Shown here: piece after piece, positions 1-9,130 of the stretch
How positions within the stretch are numbered: the stretch's first letter is position 1
Layout of the letters: the number at the start of each line of letters is the position of its first letter
Origin: Roseateles sp.
GTDB lineage: Bacteria; Pseudomonadota; Gammaproteobacteria; Burkholderiales; Burkholderiaceae_C
Assembly (NCBI RefSeq): GCF_031397715.1
Contig: NZ_JANNMI010000199.1
Coordinates: 1-61,611, forward strand
Direction of reading: 5' to 3'
Length of the DNA stretch: 61,611 bases
Position numbers and translations under genes: made by a program
The notes under the pieces: generated by a model
The model's database searches: none
The model's input: the letters and a program-made list of their open reading frames with translations, nothing else
Told to the model about the DNA's origin: nothing

Positions 1-538
1 GCAGGGCGTGCAGTTCGAGACCTTCGCCACCCAGCGCATCCGCGGCGCCATGCTCGACGAGCTGCGCGGCAGCGACTGGATGAGCCGCGGTGACCGGCGC
101 CAGCAGCGCGCGATCGAGACCGCGGTGCACAAGCTGGAACAGCGCTTCGGCCGCGCCCCCAGCGAAGGCGAAATCGCGCGCGAGATGGGCTTGTCCCTGG
201 TCGACTACCAGGAGCTGCTGGGCAAGGTGCGCGGCACCCAGCTGATCTACCTGGAAGACATGAGCGGCGACGAAGGTGACGAGGACTTCCTCGACCGCCA
301 TGTCGCCGACAACAGCAATAACCCCTTACTCAAGCTGCAAGACCACCGCATGCGCGAAGCGCTGGTGGCCGCGATCAAGAACCTGCCGGAACGCGAGCAG
401 TTCATGATGAGCATGTACTACGAGCACGATATGAATTTGAAGGAAATCGCGGTGGTGCTGAAGGTCACCGAGTCCCGCGTTTGCCAATTGCATAGCCAGG
501 CGATCGCTCGTTTACGCGTCAAGCTGCGCGACTGGTAA
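1..538 (+). CDS. fliA: RNA polymerase sigma-28 factor FliA (5'-truncated by window edge)
   Basis: FETFATQRIRGAMLDELR (region 2.4) and EIAVVLKVTESRVCQLHSQA (region 4.2 HTH); frame is open to the window start; flagellar context. Confidence 0.93.
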   Translation, partial: QGVQFETFATQRIRGAMLDELRGSDWMSRGDRRQQRAIETAVHKLEQRFGRAPSEGEIAREMGLSLVDYQELLGKVRGTQLIYLEDMSGDEGDEDFLDRHVADNSNNPLLKLQDHRMREALVAAIKNLPEREQFMMSMYYEHDMNLKEIAVVLKVTESRVCQLHSQAIARLRVKLRDW

Positions 539-583
539 CTGATAAATTCAGCGGCTTATGAAGTTCAGGGACCGGGAGAATCA

Positions 584-1960
584 ATGTCATTGATATGGTG
601 GAAGCGCCGATCCGAACCTGCCGATCGACTTGAGCACGCGACGCCAGGTGCTTTGAATGCCTCGGCCAAGCCTGAGGCCGAGACCTTGATGGCGCTGATC
701 CGCAAGGTCGCCCGTTCGGTCTCCAGTGTCGGCAAAGATGCCGCTGAAGTGCGCGGCGTGCTGGAAGACACCCAAAAAATCGTGGTCGCCCAATGCGAGG
801 CGATGGGTGCGCTGTCAGGTGACTTGGCGCAGGTGCGCAGCGCACAGAAAGCCATCAGCCATTCGACCGAACAGTCGCGCAGCGCGGTCAGCCGGGCGGC
901 CCATGCCTTGGAGGGGGTCGGCAACGAGGTCGGTGGCATTGTGCAGACGCTCAGGCAGGTGTCGGATGCCGCCTCAGAAATTACCAAGATCGCCCTGCAA
1001 ACCCGCTTGGTTGCCTTCAACGCCTCGGTGGAGGCGGGCCGCGCCGGTGAGGCGGGCAAAGGCTTTGGCGTGGTGGCAGATGCCGTCAAGGCCTTGGCCG
1101 GCCAAGTCGAGAACTCGTCCAAGTCCATCATGGGCACGGTGGCGAATTTGGATGCCCGCATCGAGATCTTCAGCCGCGAATTGCGCAATGATCCAACGCA
1201 GGCCAAGAAAAGTCTGATCCACCAAGCCTTCGCCGATGTGCAGGCCGATGTGGGTCGGATCGCCGACTCGGCCAGCCAAAGCGCGCTGACGATTGACTCA
1301 CTGTCCGGGCGCGCGGCCGAGCTGGAGCAGGAGGTCCAGCAGGCGATGATCAGCCTGGATGCGGCCTTTGCTTGCAGCGACCGCTTCCTGAAAATGTCCG
1401 AGCAGTTGATCGAGCAGATCGCCGGCTCGGGTGTCGAGGTCGATGACGCGCCGTTTATCCGTGCCGCGCAGGCCGCCGCACTTGAGATTTCGGCGCTGTT
1501 GGAGCAGGCCTTGAAGAGTGGGGCGATCAAGCCGGCGCAACTGTTTGACGACAACTACCGGCCGCTTGCCGGCACCAATCCGGCCCAGCATTTGACCGGC
1601 TTTGTCGACTTGGCCGACCGGCATTTCCCGGCGGTGCAGGAAAAGCTGCTCAGCTTCAGTGACAAGGTGGTCTATTGCATTGCCGTGGACCGCAACGGTT
1701 ATGTGGCGGCCCACAACAAGAAATACTGCCAACCGCAACGCAGTGGCGATGTGGTCTGGAACACCGCCAACAGCCGCTACCGGCGCATCTTCAACGACCG
1801 CACCGGCCTCGCCTCGGCGCGCAACCAGCGGCCGTTTCTGTTGCAAACCTATCGGCGCGACATGGGTGGCGGGCGCTTTGTGTTGCTGAAGGAAGTGGCG
1901 GCGCCCATCGTCGTCAACGGCAAGCACTGGGGTGGGTTGCGGCTGGCCTTCAATTTCTAG
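584..1960 (+). CDS. Soluble methyl-accepting chemotaxis protein with C-terminal sensor-like domain
   Basis: MCP hairpin tip IALQTRLVAFNASVEAGRAGEAGKGFGVVADAVKALA; no hydrophobic TM segment; C-terminal YRRDMGGG...HWGGLRLAF domain; GGAG RBS. Confidence 0.88.
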   Translation: MSLIWWKRRSEPADRLEHATPGALNASAKPEAETLMALIRKVARSVSSVGKDAAEVRGVLEDTQKIVVAQCEAMGALSGDLAQVRSAQKAISHSTEQSRSAVSRAAHALEGVGNEVGGIVQTLRQVSDAASEITKIALQTRLVAFNASVEAGRAGEAGKGFGVVADAVKALAGQVENSSKSIMGTVANLDARIEIFSRELRNDPTQAKKSLIHQAFADVQADVGRIADSASQSALTIDSLSGRAAELEQEVQQAMISLDAAFACSDRFLKMSEQLIEQIAGSGVEVDDAPFIRAAQAAALEISALLEQALKSGAIKPAQLFDDNYRPLAGTNPAQHLTGFVDLADRHFPAVQEKLLSFSDKVVYCIAVDRNGYVAAHNKKYCQPQRSGDVVWNTANSRYRRIFNDRTGLASARNQRPFLLQTYRRDMGGGRFVLLKEVAAPIVVNGKHWGGLRLAFNF

Positions 1961-1985
1961 TGCAGCCGCTCGGTCTGGGCGTTAC

Positions 1986-3863
1986 TCAAGGCGCCACACA
2001 AGCCCGGTTTTTCCCCGTGTGCTTGGCCTCGTACAAAGCCAGATCGGCCCGGTCTAGCGCGGCTTCTAATGTTTCACCCAGCCGGTAATGGGTGACACCG
2101 GCCGAGAAGGTGACGAAGACGTCCTTGCCTTCGTGCATGAACAGGCTGGCCGACAAGGCCCGCTGTAGGCGCTGCAGCACCGCCTGCGCTTCGTCCAGCG
2201 GCGTCGCCGGCAGCATCAGCACAAACTCTTCGCCGCCGTAGCGGGCGACCAGATCACCGGGACGCAATTCCCTGGCGACGCGCTCCGCCAATGACTTCAA
2301 AGCAATGTCGCCGGCACCATGGCCCAGCGTGTCGTTCAAGCGTTTGAAGTTGTCGATATCCAGCAGGGCCAGCGCAATCTTGGCATTCTCATTGCCAGCG
2401 CCGGCCTCGTCGCCAACGCCGCGTTCCAGCTTGGCCTGTTCGGTCGCAAACGCCGCCAGCAGACCGCGCCGGTTGGCGATCTGCGTCAGCTGATCGGTCT
2501 GCACCTCGCTGGACATGCGGCGCAGCTCACCCTCCAACTCCTCGACCCTCTGCCCCATGCTGCTGGCCCGCTCATGCTCCAGACGCAATCGGTCTTGAGT
2601 CTGGCGAACCAGCGACTGCACGCTGCGGCTTTCTTCCACCATCTCGCGCACCACGCCGGCCAGGCTTTCCAGTGAGTCGGCTTTCTCTATCACTTCGGCA
2701 TAGCGGCCGATGCTGTTTTGGAATCGATCGGTGTGTTGGCCCAGTTCACCCAGCTCGGCCAGCATTTGATGGATCAGTGACTTCAGCGAATCGCGCGCCC
2801 GGCTGCGTTCGTCGCGCAGCGCGCGCTGGCGCTCGCGGGTGGCGCCCAACATTTCGGTTACCGAGCGCACGCCGCGGCCGCTCAGGCCTTGCTCCAGCGT
2901 GTCATTCATCGCCTCGCATTGGCCGCGCGCCCAGGAGTCATCCTCGGCCAGATCGACCAGGCTGGCGCTGAGTTCGCGGCAGAGCTGGCCGAGTTCACCG
3001 AACATATGTTGGCGGTGGTCCAGCATGTGGCGGGCGCGCTGGCACAGCGCTTCGATCTGCTCGGCAGCCGCGGGCGTGGCGCCGCTGCGCCGCAGGTCGC
3101 GGTGAGCGGCGGCTAGCTCAGCCATCAAAGCGTCGGCATAGCCTTCCGGGCTCTTCAGCGCATGCTGCACCGTGTCATGCAACGATGCCCCGAGCGGCAG
3201 CCAAGAGTTCGGCGCGGCCATGACAGCTTGTTGCGGCGGCGTTGCCGCCGCGGCCGGGCCCGGCGCTCCGGCCTGATCCAGCTGGCTGGGCGCAAAGTCA
3301 TCGGCCAAAAAGAACTGAGTGGGCGAGCCACCGTCGTCATCATTGGTGTCGACGCTGGCGTCGCTGGTGTCGGAATCCCAGCTGCTGACCAAAGCCCGCA
3401 TGCGCTTGAGCAGGCGCTGTGTGTCGCTGCGGTTGCCCTCCAGCACACGCTGCAGGCCATCTTTCTTCTTGGCCATGGTCCACTGGCGGCCACCGCGTTC
3501 CAGCCCGCGTACCAGGCGTTCGATCACCTGCGCCGTCGCTTCCGCTTGCGCGGCCGGCCCCTCGGTCTGCTGCAAACTTTCAACCTGCCGGATCGCATCC
3601 GCCCAGCGCGCTTCGCGGATGCAAACCTGCAAATCCAGCCGGGTCTGGCTGTTGCTGACGCCCAAGGCCAAGAGCTTGGTCAGCAGGGTCTGAGTGGCTT
3701 CGGGCAGGGCGGCAGGGGCGGCCTCGGTGCCGGACTCGACCGCATAGGCGCGGGCGTAGTTTTCGGGGGTGGGCTCCAGCTGCGCCTGGCCCAACCGAAC
3801 CAGCGCGGCTTTGGCGGTCTGCGCAGCGGGCACGCGAGCCGAGGCGGGTCGACGCTCATCCAT
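1986..3863 (-). CDS. Diguanylate cyclase (GGEEF) with long coiled-coil N-terminus
   Basis: DQLTQIANRR, LLDIDNFKRLNDTLGHGAGD, RPGD I-site five residues before GGEEF. Confidence 0.92.
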   Translation of the reverse strand: MDERRPASARVPAAQTAKAALVRLGQAQLEPTPENYARAYAVESGTEAAPAALPEATQTLLTKLLALGVSNSQTRLDLQVCIREARWADAIRQVESLQQTEGPAAQAEATAQVIERLVRGLERGGRQWTMAKKKDGLQRVLEGNRSDTQRLLKRMRALVSSWDSDTSDASVDTNDDDGGSPTQFFLADDFAPSQLDQAGAPGPAAAATPPQQAVMAAPNSWLPLGASLHDTVQHALKSPEGYADALMAELAAAHRDLRRSGATPAAAEQIEALCQRARHMLDHRQHMFGELGQLCRELSASLVDLAEDDSWARGQCEAMNDTLEQGLSGRGVRSVTEMLGATRERQRALRDERSRARDSLKSLIHQMLAELGELGQHTDRFQNSIGRYAEVIEKADSLESLAGVVREMVEESRSVQSLVRQTQDRLRLEHERASSMGQRVEELEGELRRMSSEVQTDQLTQIANRRGLLAAFATEQAKLERGVGDEAGAGNENAKIALALLDIDNFKRLNDTLGHGAGDIALKSLAERVARELRPGDLVARYGGEEFVLMLPATPLDEAQAVLQRLQRALSASLFMHEGKDVFVTFSAGVTHYRLGETLEAALDRADLALYEAKHTGKNRACVAP

Positions 3864-3883
3864 CGCTAACTCCTATCGAATGC

Positions 3884-6136
3884 TTATCGAATACCGCCGG
3901 TCGGGCGGTGGGCGTCGGACGGGTTGAACTCCAGGCCGGCGCCGATGTCGGCATTGGCCCGAGCGATCCAGGGTGCCTTGCGCGGCAGCACGGTCTGCGC
4001 CAACCACAGCTCGACCTCTTCAGGTGGCAGCGGCTTGCTGAACAAAAAACCCTGCATCAGGCTGCAACCCAGGCGGTGCAAGACGTCCATCTGCCGCATG
4101 GTCTCGACGCCCTCGGCAATCACGCGCAGGCCCATCGCGCGGGCCAAGGCGATGATGGCGGTGACGACGGCCGAGCTTTGCGGCGTGATGCCGAGATCGC
4201 GCACAAAGCTACGGTCGATCTTGACTTCGGAGATCGGCAGCGTGGTCAGATAGGCCAGCGAGGAATAGCCGGTGCCGAAGTCGTCAATCGAAATCTCCAC
4301 ACCGACCTCGTTCAAACGATGCAGCGCGGGGATGACATTTTGCAAATCCTTCATCAAGCTGTTCTCGGTGATCTCCAGCTGGATCGCCCGGTGCGGCACG
4401 CCGTAAGCGCTGACGCATTGATGAATATGCTCGACCAGGTCGGAGCGCTCGAACATGCGGCTGGGCAGGTTGACGGCGATCGAGTCGGAGAAGCCGAAGT
4501 TCAGCTGCCAGACCTTGGCCTGCCTGGCGGCCTCTTTGAGCGCCCATTCGGACAGCGGCACGATCAAGCCGGTTTCTTCGGCCAGCGGAATGAAGTCGCC
4601 CGGCGGAATCAGCTTGCCATCGCGCTTCCAACGCATCAGCGCCTCGGCGCCCACCATGCGAGCGCCGCGCACATCGACCTTGGGCTGGTAATGCAGGACG
4701 ATTTCGCCGCGCTCCAGCGCCTTGTGTAGCGCGCTCTCTAGCTCCAGCTTCGCGCGCCCGCGCCCGGCCAGCTGCGGGGTGTAGAGCGCCGAAGCATTGC
4801 GCCCTTGCGACTTCACCGCATACATGGCGACGTCGGAATTGCGCAGCAGGTCGGCCATGGTCTGGCCGTCGCGCGGATAGAGCGCGATGCCGATGCTGGC
4901 GGTCACAAAGCATTCCTGGCCGGACAGAAAAATCGGCTCCCGCAAGGCCTCCAGCACCCGATCGGCGACGCGTTCGGCATCGCTTTCATCGGCCACCTCG
5001 GGCAGCAGCGCCACAAACTCATCGCCGCCGAGCCGACCGACCGCCTCCAGCGTGCGGTGCGAGCGTCCGCCTATGGTCTCCAGCATGCCCTCCATCACTT
5101 GGTCGGAGTGCCTGACGCAAGCGCGCAGACGCCGCCCCACTTCCACCAGCAACTCATCGCCGGCGGCATGTCCGAGGGTGTCGTTGATGATCTTGAAACG
5201 ATCGAGGTCGATCAGCAGCAAGCCCACCTCGTGGCCGCCGCGCCGTGCTTGCTCGATCGCCCGTTCAACCCGCCAGATCAGCTGGCGCCGATTGGGCAGG
5301 CCGGTCAAAGCATCAAAATGCGCGAGCTGGCGAATTCTGTCTTCGGCTTGCCGCCGGTCGGTGACGTCTTGCATCACCCCGGTATAGCCATTGGCATTGC
5401 CGAGCTCGTTGAATTCAGGCTCGGCCTCGATATGAACCACCCGCTGGCGGCCGTCCAGCAAAGTGACGGTCAGGTCGGTCACCAGCACCGAGTTGTGGGC
5501 CATCACGTCACGCAGCAGGCGCAGGAACAGGGCGCGTTCCTCATGCGGCACCATGCGCATCACGCCGATGAAGTCCAGGCCTTCGTGGGGGCCGCGGCTG
5601 AACACGCGCAAGGCTTCGGCGGCGAGCGTGAAGCCGCCACCGGCATGCCATTCGAAACTGCCCATCCGGGCCAAGTCCTGCGCACGCGCAAGCTTAGCCT
5701 TGCTGCGCTCCAACTCAATGCGGGTGCGCGAGGAGCGCAGCAGATAGCGCAGCCGTCCGGCCAGCAAGCTCCACTGCGTCGATTTGACGAAAAAATCGGT
5801 GGCGCCGACCTGGTAGGCATGGTTGATCGAGGCGTCGTCGTCGAGCCCGGTCAGCATCAGCACGGGGGTTGATTCGAAACCGGGCTTTTCGCGCAGCAGC
5901 TTGCAGGTTTCGAAGCCATCGAGCTCGGGCATCATCGCGTCCAGCACGATCATGTCGGGCGACATGGCCGCCATCAGGTTCAGCGCGTCCTTGCCGCTGC
6001 GCGCTTCGGTGATCTCAAAGCCGCGGCCGCGCAAGGCAGCCGCGGTCAGTAGCAGATTAACCTCGTCGTCATCGACAAGGAGCACTTTTGGCTGCTCTGG
6101 CAAATCGTCTTCTAGTTGAGGCGGGGCGGCGTTCAT
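3884..6136 (-). CDS. REC-PAS-GGDEF-EAL c-di-GMP enzyme
   Basis: N-terminal receiver (VLLVDDD...VLDAMMP...FFVK), PAS/PAC, RLGGDEF, AEALMRW and IDDFGTGYSSL all intact. Confidence 0.93.
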   Translation of the reverse strand: MNAAPPQLEDDLPEQPKVLLVDDDEVNLLLTAAALRGRGFEITEARSGKDALNLMAAMSPDMIVLDAMMPELDGFETCKLLREKPGFESTPVLMLTGLDDDASINHAYQVGATDFFVKSTQWSLLAGRLRYLLRSSRTRIELERSKAKLARAQDLARMGSFEWHAGGGFTLAAEALRVFSRGPHEGLDFIGVMRMVPHEERALFLRLLRDVMAHNSVLVTDLTVTLLDGRQRVVHIEAEPEFNELGNANGYTGVMQDVTDRRQAEDRIRQLAHFDALTGLPNRRQLIWRVERAIEQARRGGHEVGLLLIDLDRFKIINDTLGHAAGDELLVEVGRRLRACVRHSDQVMEGMLETIGGRSHRTLEAVGRLGGDEFVALLPEVADESDAERVADRVLEALREPIFLSGQECFVTASIGIALYPRDGQTMADLLRNSDVAMYAVKSQGRNASALYTPQLAGRGRAKLELESALHKALERGEIVLHYQPKVDVRGARMVGAEALMRWKRDGKLIPPGDFIPLAEETGLIVPLSEWALKEAARQAKVWQLNFGFSDSIAVNLPSRMFERSDLVEHIHQCVSAYGVPHRAIQLEITENSLMKDLQNVIPALHRLNEVGVEISIDDFGTGYSSLAYLTTLPISEVKIDRSFVRDLGITPQSSAVVTAIIALARAMGLRVIAEGVETMRQMDVLHRLGCSLMQGFLFSKPLPPEEVELWLAQTVLPRKAPWIARANADIGAGLEFNPSDAHRPTGGIR

Positions 6137-6570
6137 GGAATATGGGGGAGCATGCTCAGCAAAGCTTGCCTGACTTGGATCACTTGCGCCAGCATACCGT
6201 CTAGCAGGGGCTCCAGACCGTCAGTTTGCCCACTGCGAGCCATTGTTTCTATCTCGGCGCAGCGCTCGGCTAAAGCAAGCGCGCCCAGGCTGGCCGACGA
6301 TGACTTCAAGGTGTGGGTGACATGGCGCACCAAGTTCAGATCCAGGTTGGCGCCGCGCGCATTCGCAAGCTCGGGCAGCAGCCGCTCCAGCGACTTCACA
6401 TAGGCCGCGATGACTCGCTCCAGCAGCTTGTTGGCACCATTTGGGTCGAGTTCTTGCAGGCGTGCCAGCGCTTGCGCGTCGAGGCATTGGGCCAGTGGCG
6501 GGAGGGGGTCAGGTGTCGGTGTGGACGGCATGGGCTTCCATCTGGGCGGGGGCAATGGCTGGTGCGTCAA
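6133..6570 (-). CDS. Stand-alone Hpt (histidine phosphotransfer) protein
   Basis: HTLKSSSASLGA Hpt motif; TTG start preceded by GGAGA; 4-bp overlap with the next gene. Confidence 0.9.
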   Translation of the reverse strand: MTHQPLPPPRWKPMPSTPTPDPLPPLAQCLDAQALARLQELDPNGANKLLERVIAAYVKSLERLLPELANARGANLDLNLVRHVTHTLKSSSASLGALALAERCAEIETMARSGQTDGLEPLLDGMLAQVIQVRQALLSMLPHIP

Positions 6571-6673
6571 AACTGCTTATCTCCGCGGCATTGTCGTTGT
6601 TTGGCGCAGGCGGCGAATGGCCTTTGGCTTGGGGCTTGTTGCATTAGTTCTCAGCCTCTCAGTCCTGGTTCGG

Positions 6674-6700
6674 GTATCGGCCGCACCCGCTTGAACTTGA
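6674..6700 (-). promoter_or_regulatory. Sigma-28 (FliA) promoter for the Hpt / GGDEF-EAL / GGDEF operon
   Basis: Minus strand reads TCAAGTTC-N11-GCCGATAC, close to the TAAAGTTT-N11-GCCGATAA consensus, ~100 bp upstream of the Hpt start. Confidence 0.75.
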
Positions 6701-6781
6701 GCGCCGGTGGTTGAGGGGATTGTTGACGCCATCGGCAGGGCGCCAAAAAGGGGCCGGCGCGCGTCCCTACAATGGCTGGCT

Positions 6782-8401
6782 ATGAATAGTCTCAGCGATG
6801 CACGCAATGGTCACCGCAGCCTGCCCGGCCGGGGCGTCGCGCTTTTGCTGGGGCTGAGTTTGCTGGCGGGGATTTTGTGCCTGCTGGCCTTGTTGCTGCT
6901 GTTGCAGCGAAGCGCCGACGGCGGCGGGTTGGCGCTGCTGCTGGCGGGGCTTTGCGCGGCCTTGGTCTTGTTGGTGGCCGCCGCGCTGGCTTGGCATGTC
7001 GGCGTGCGCCTGACGCGCCAACAGCTTTTTGGCGCGCTGCGTGAGTCGCGCCTGCAGGCGCAGATGCTGGCCCAATTGCAGCCGCATTCCCAGTGGGCGA
7101 GTGACGTCAACCATCGCTTGGTGCGCTGGCAGTCGCCGCAGGCATTGCTGGCCTCGCACTGGGTGGGTGCGGCCGCGTCGCAACTGCTGTGGGAACGATT
7201 TGAGATGCTGGACGGTGGCGGCGAGGCGCTGCGCCGCCAACTGGACAGCGGCGCCGCCAACTTTGATGTGCTGGTCGCACCGCGTGATGGGGGCAGCGCT
7301 CGCTGGCGTTTGCGCGGCATTGCCTGCGCGGACGAGCAGGGTTGTTTCAGTGGGTATCACGGCACCGCGGAAGCGCTTGCTGGCGCTTGCGCGCCGGCGC
7401 CGGTGGCTGCCGACTGGCGCTGGCTTGAGGCGTTGCCAGGGCCGGCCTGGATTTTGGCCGGTGACGAAGTCAATGATGACGCAAGGATCTTGGCACTGAA
7501 CAGTCAAGCCAGTGCCTTGAGCTGCGCCGAAGCGTCGCTGGGCGGCAGTTGGGCCGACTGCCGGGGCCGGTTGCCGGAACCGGTGGCGGCGGCCTTGGCG
7601 GCCCAAAACGCGCGCAGCTTCGCGCATGATTGCAGCAGGTTTCAGCTGATGACCTTGTGGCCGCAACCCCCACTGAGCGGCGGGGTGCGGCGCGCCGAGG
7701 TCGCGGCGACTTTGCCGCAGACGCAGCAAATGGCGTACGAGCATGAGTCCTTCAGCTACACCGTCTCGCATGATTTGCGCGCGCCTTTGCGAGTGGTCGA
7801 GGGCTTCACCCGGATCTTGAAGGAAGACTACGGGCGCTTGCTGGACCGCATCGGCAACGATCACCTGGACCGAGTGATGGGGGCGGCGGCGCGCATGAAC
7901 AGCATGATTGACTCACTGCTGTCGCTGGCGCAGTTGTCGGCCCAGCCCTTGGCACGCCAGCCGGTCAATTTGTCGCAGTTGGCCGGTTTTGTGGTGGAGG
8001 AGTTGGCGCGCGCCGCGCCCGAGCGCAATGTCAATGTGCATATCCAAGCCCATATGCTGGTGCAGGGCGACCCCACGCTCTTGCGCATGGTGCTGGAGAA
8101 CCTGCTCGGCAATGCTTGGAAGTACAGCAGCAAATGCATGCAGCCGTTGATTCGTTTCGAAGCCCAGCAAGAGGGCGGTCAATGGATTTACCGCGTCAGC
8201 GACAACGGTGCCGGGTTTGATATGCGTTTTGCCGACCGCCTGTTCGGCGTTTTCCAGCGCCTGCACAGCGCCAGCGAGTTCCAAGGCACCGGCGTTGGGT
8301 TGGCCTCGGTGCGGCGCATCGTGCGCCGGCATGGCGGTGAAATTTGGGCCGAGGCCGTGGTCGGCGAGGGCGCGCAGTTTTACTTTACGTTGGCCGGCTG
8401 A
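6782..8401 (+). CDS. Membrane sensor histidine kinase (2 TM, PAS-like, HisKA, HATPase)
   Basis: Two hydrophobic N-terminal helices; SHDLRAPLR H-box, NLLGNAWKY N-box, DNGAGFD and GTGVGLA G-boxes; start could be upstream at 6707. Confidence 0.88.
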   Translation: MNSLSDARNGHRSLPGRGVALLLGLSLLAGILCLLALLLLLQRSADGGGLALLLAGLCAALVLLVAAALAWHVGVRLTRQQLFGALRESRLQAQMLAQLQPHSQWASDVNHRLVRWQSPQALLASHWVGAAASQLLWERFEMLDGGGEALRRQLDSGAANFDVLVAPRDGGSARWRLRGIACADEQGCFSGYHGTAEALAGACAPAPVAADWRWLEALPGPAWILAGDEVNDDARILALNSQASALSCAEASLGGSWADCRGRLPEPVAAALAAQNARSFAHDCSRFQLMTLWPQPPLSGGVRRAEVAATLPQTQQMAYEHESFSYTVSHDLRAPLRVVEGFTRILKEDYGRLLDRIGNDHLDRVMGAAARMNSMIDSLLSLAQLSAQPLARQPVNLSQLAGFVVEELARAAPERNVNVHIQAHMLVQGDPTLLRMVLENLLGNAWKYSSKCMQPLIRFEAQQEGGQWIYRVSDNGAGFDMRFADRLFGVFQRLHSASEFQGTGVGLASVRRIVRRHGGEIWAEAVVGEGAQFYFTLAG

Positions 8402-8413
8402 GAGGCCCCGTCC

Positions 8414-9130
8414 TCAAAGCTTGGGCGCCAGAGCCAGCATCTCAACCGCTTCCACCAGCATCCTGGCCTGCAATTCCAGCTCCCGACCCTCGGCCGCGGC
8501 GAGCTTTTGCAGCCGCGCCAGCGCATCTTCGCGGGACAGCGAATAGCGGTGCATCAGCACCCCCACGGCGACCGGTGCCAACTCGTCCAGCACCGTTTTG
8601 GCCGGCTCCGGCAGCACCGGCGCGGCGACCTGAGTTTGCTTGCGGTTGGCAAAAGCGGCCTCCACCGCTGGCACGATCTGGTGAATGTCCAAGGGCTTGA
8701 CCAGATAAGCCACCGCACCCAGTTCTTTGACCTTGGCGACGGTTGCTTCGTCGGCAAAGGCGGACAAAAACATAAAGGGGATGTGTAGGTACTCGCGCAA
8801 GTAGGCGGCGACATCAAAGCCGCTCAAGCCTTCCATGCGGATGTCCAGCAGGGCCAACTCGGGCCGGTGTTCGCGCGCCAGCAAAATAGCGTCGTCGCCG
8901 TTGTCGGCGTCGATGACCTCGAAACCGGCTTGTGCCAAACCATAGGTCAACGTCGCCAGCACCAGCCGGTCGTCGTCGACGACGAGAATCTTGCCTTTGT
9001 CCTTGCTCACCGTTGGAGTGCCCCCGCTGTGCTGCGTCTTGGCAGGCTGTGCGCCCACCTCGTTGGCAGCATTGTCACCCAAACCCTTGCAAGCCCAGAC
9101 GTGCGCAAATTTTGCAAGCTCAGGGCTCAC
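8414..9130 (-). CDS. Response regulator with C-terminal ANTAR-like domain (PdtaR/EutV architecture)
   Basis: ILVVDDD...LLDIRM...YLVKP receiver; C-terminal AVGVLMHRYSLSREDALARL resembles ANTAR; start may be GTG at 9010. Confidence 0.78.
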   Translation of the reverse strand: MSPELAKFAHVWACKGLGDNAANEVGAQPAKTQHSGGTPTVSKDKGKILVVDDDRLVLATLTYGLAQAGFEVIDADNGDDAILLAREHRPELALLDIRMEGLSGFDVAAYLREYLHIPFMFLSAFADEATVAKVKELGAVAYLVKPLDIHQIVPAVEAAFANRKQTQVAAPVLPEPAKTVLDELAPVAVGVLMHRYSLSREDALARLQKLAAAEGRELELQARMLVEAVEMLALAPKL

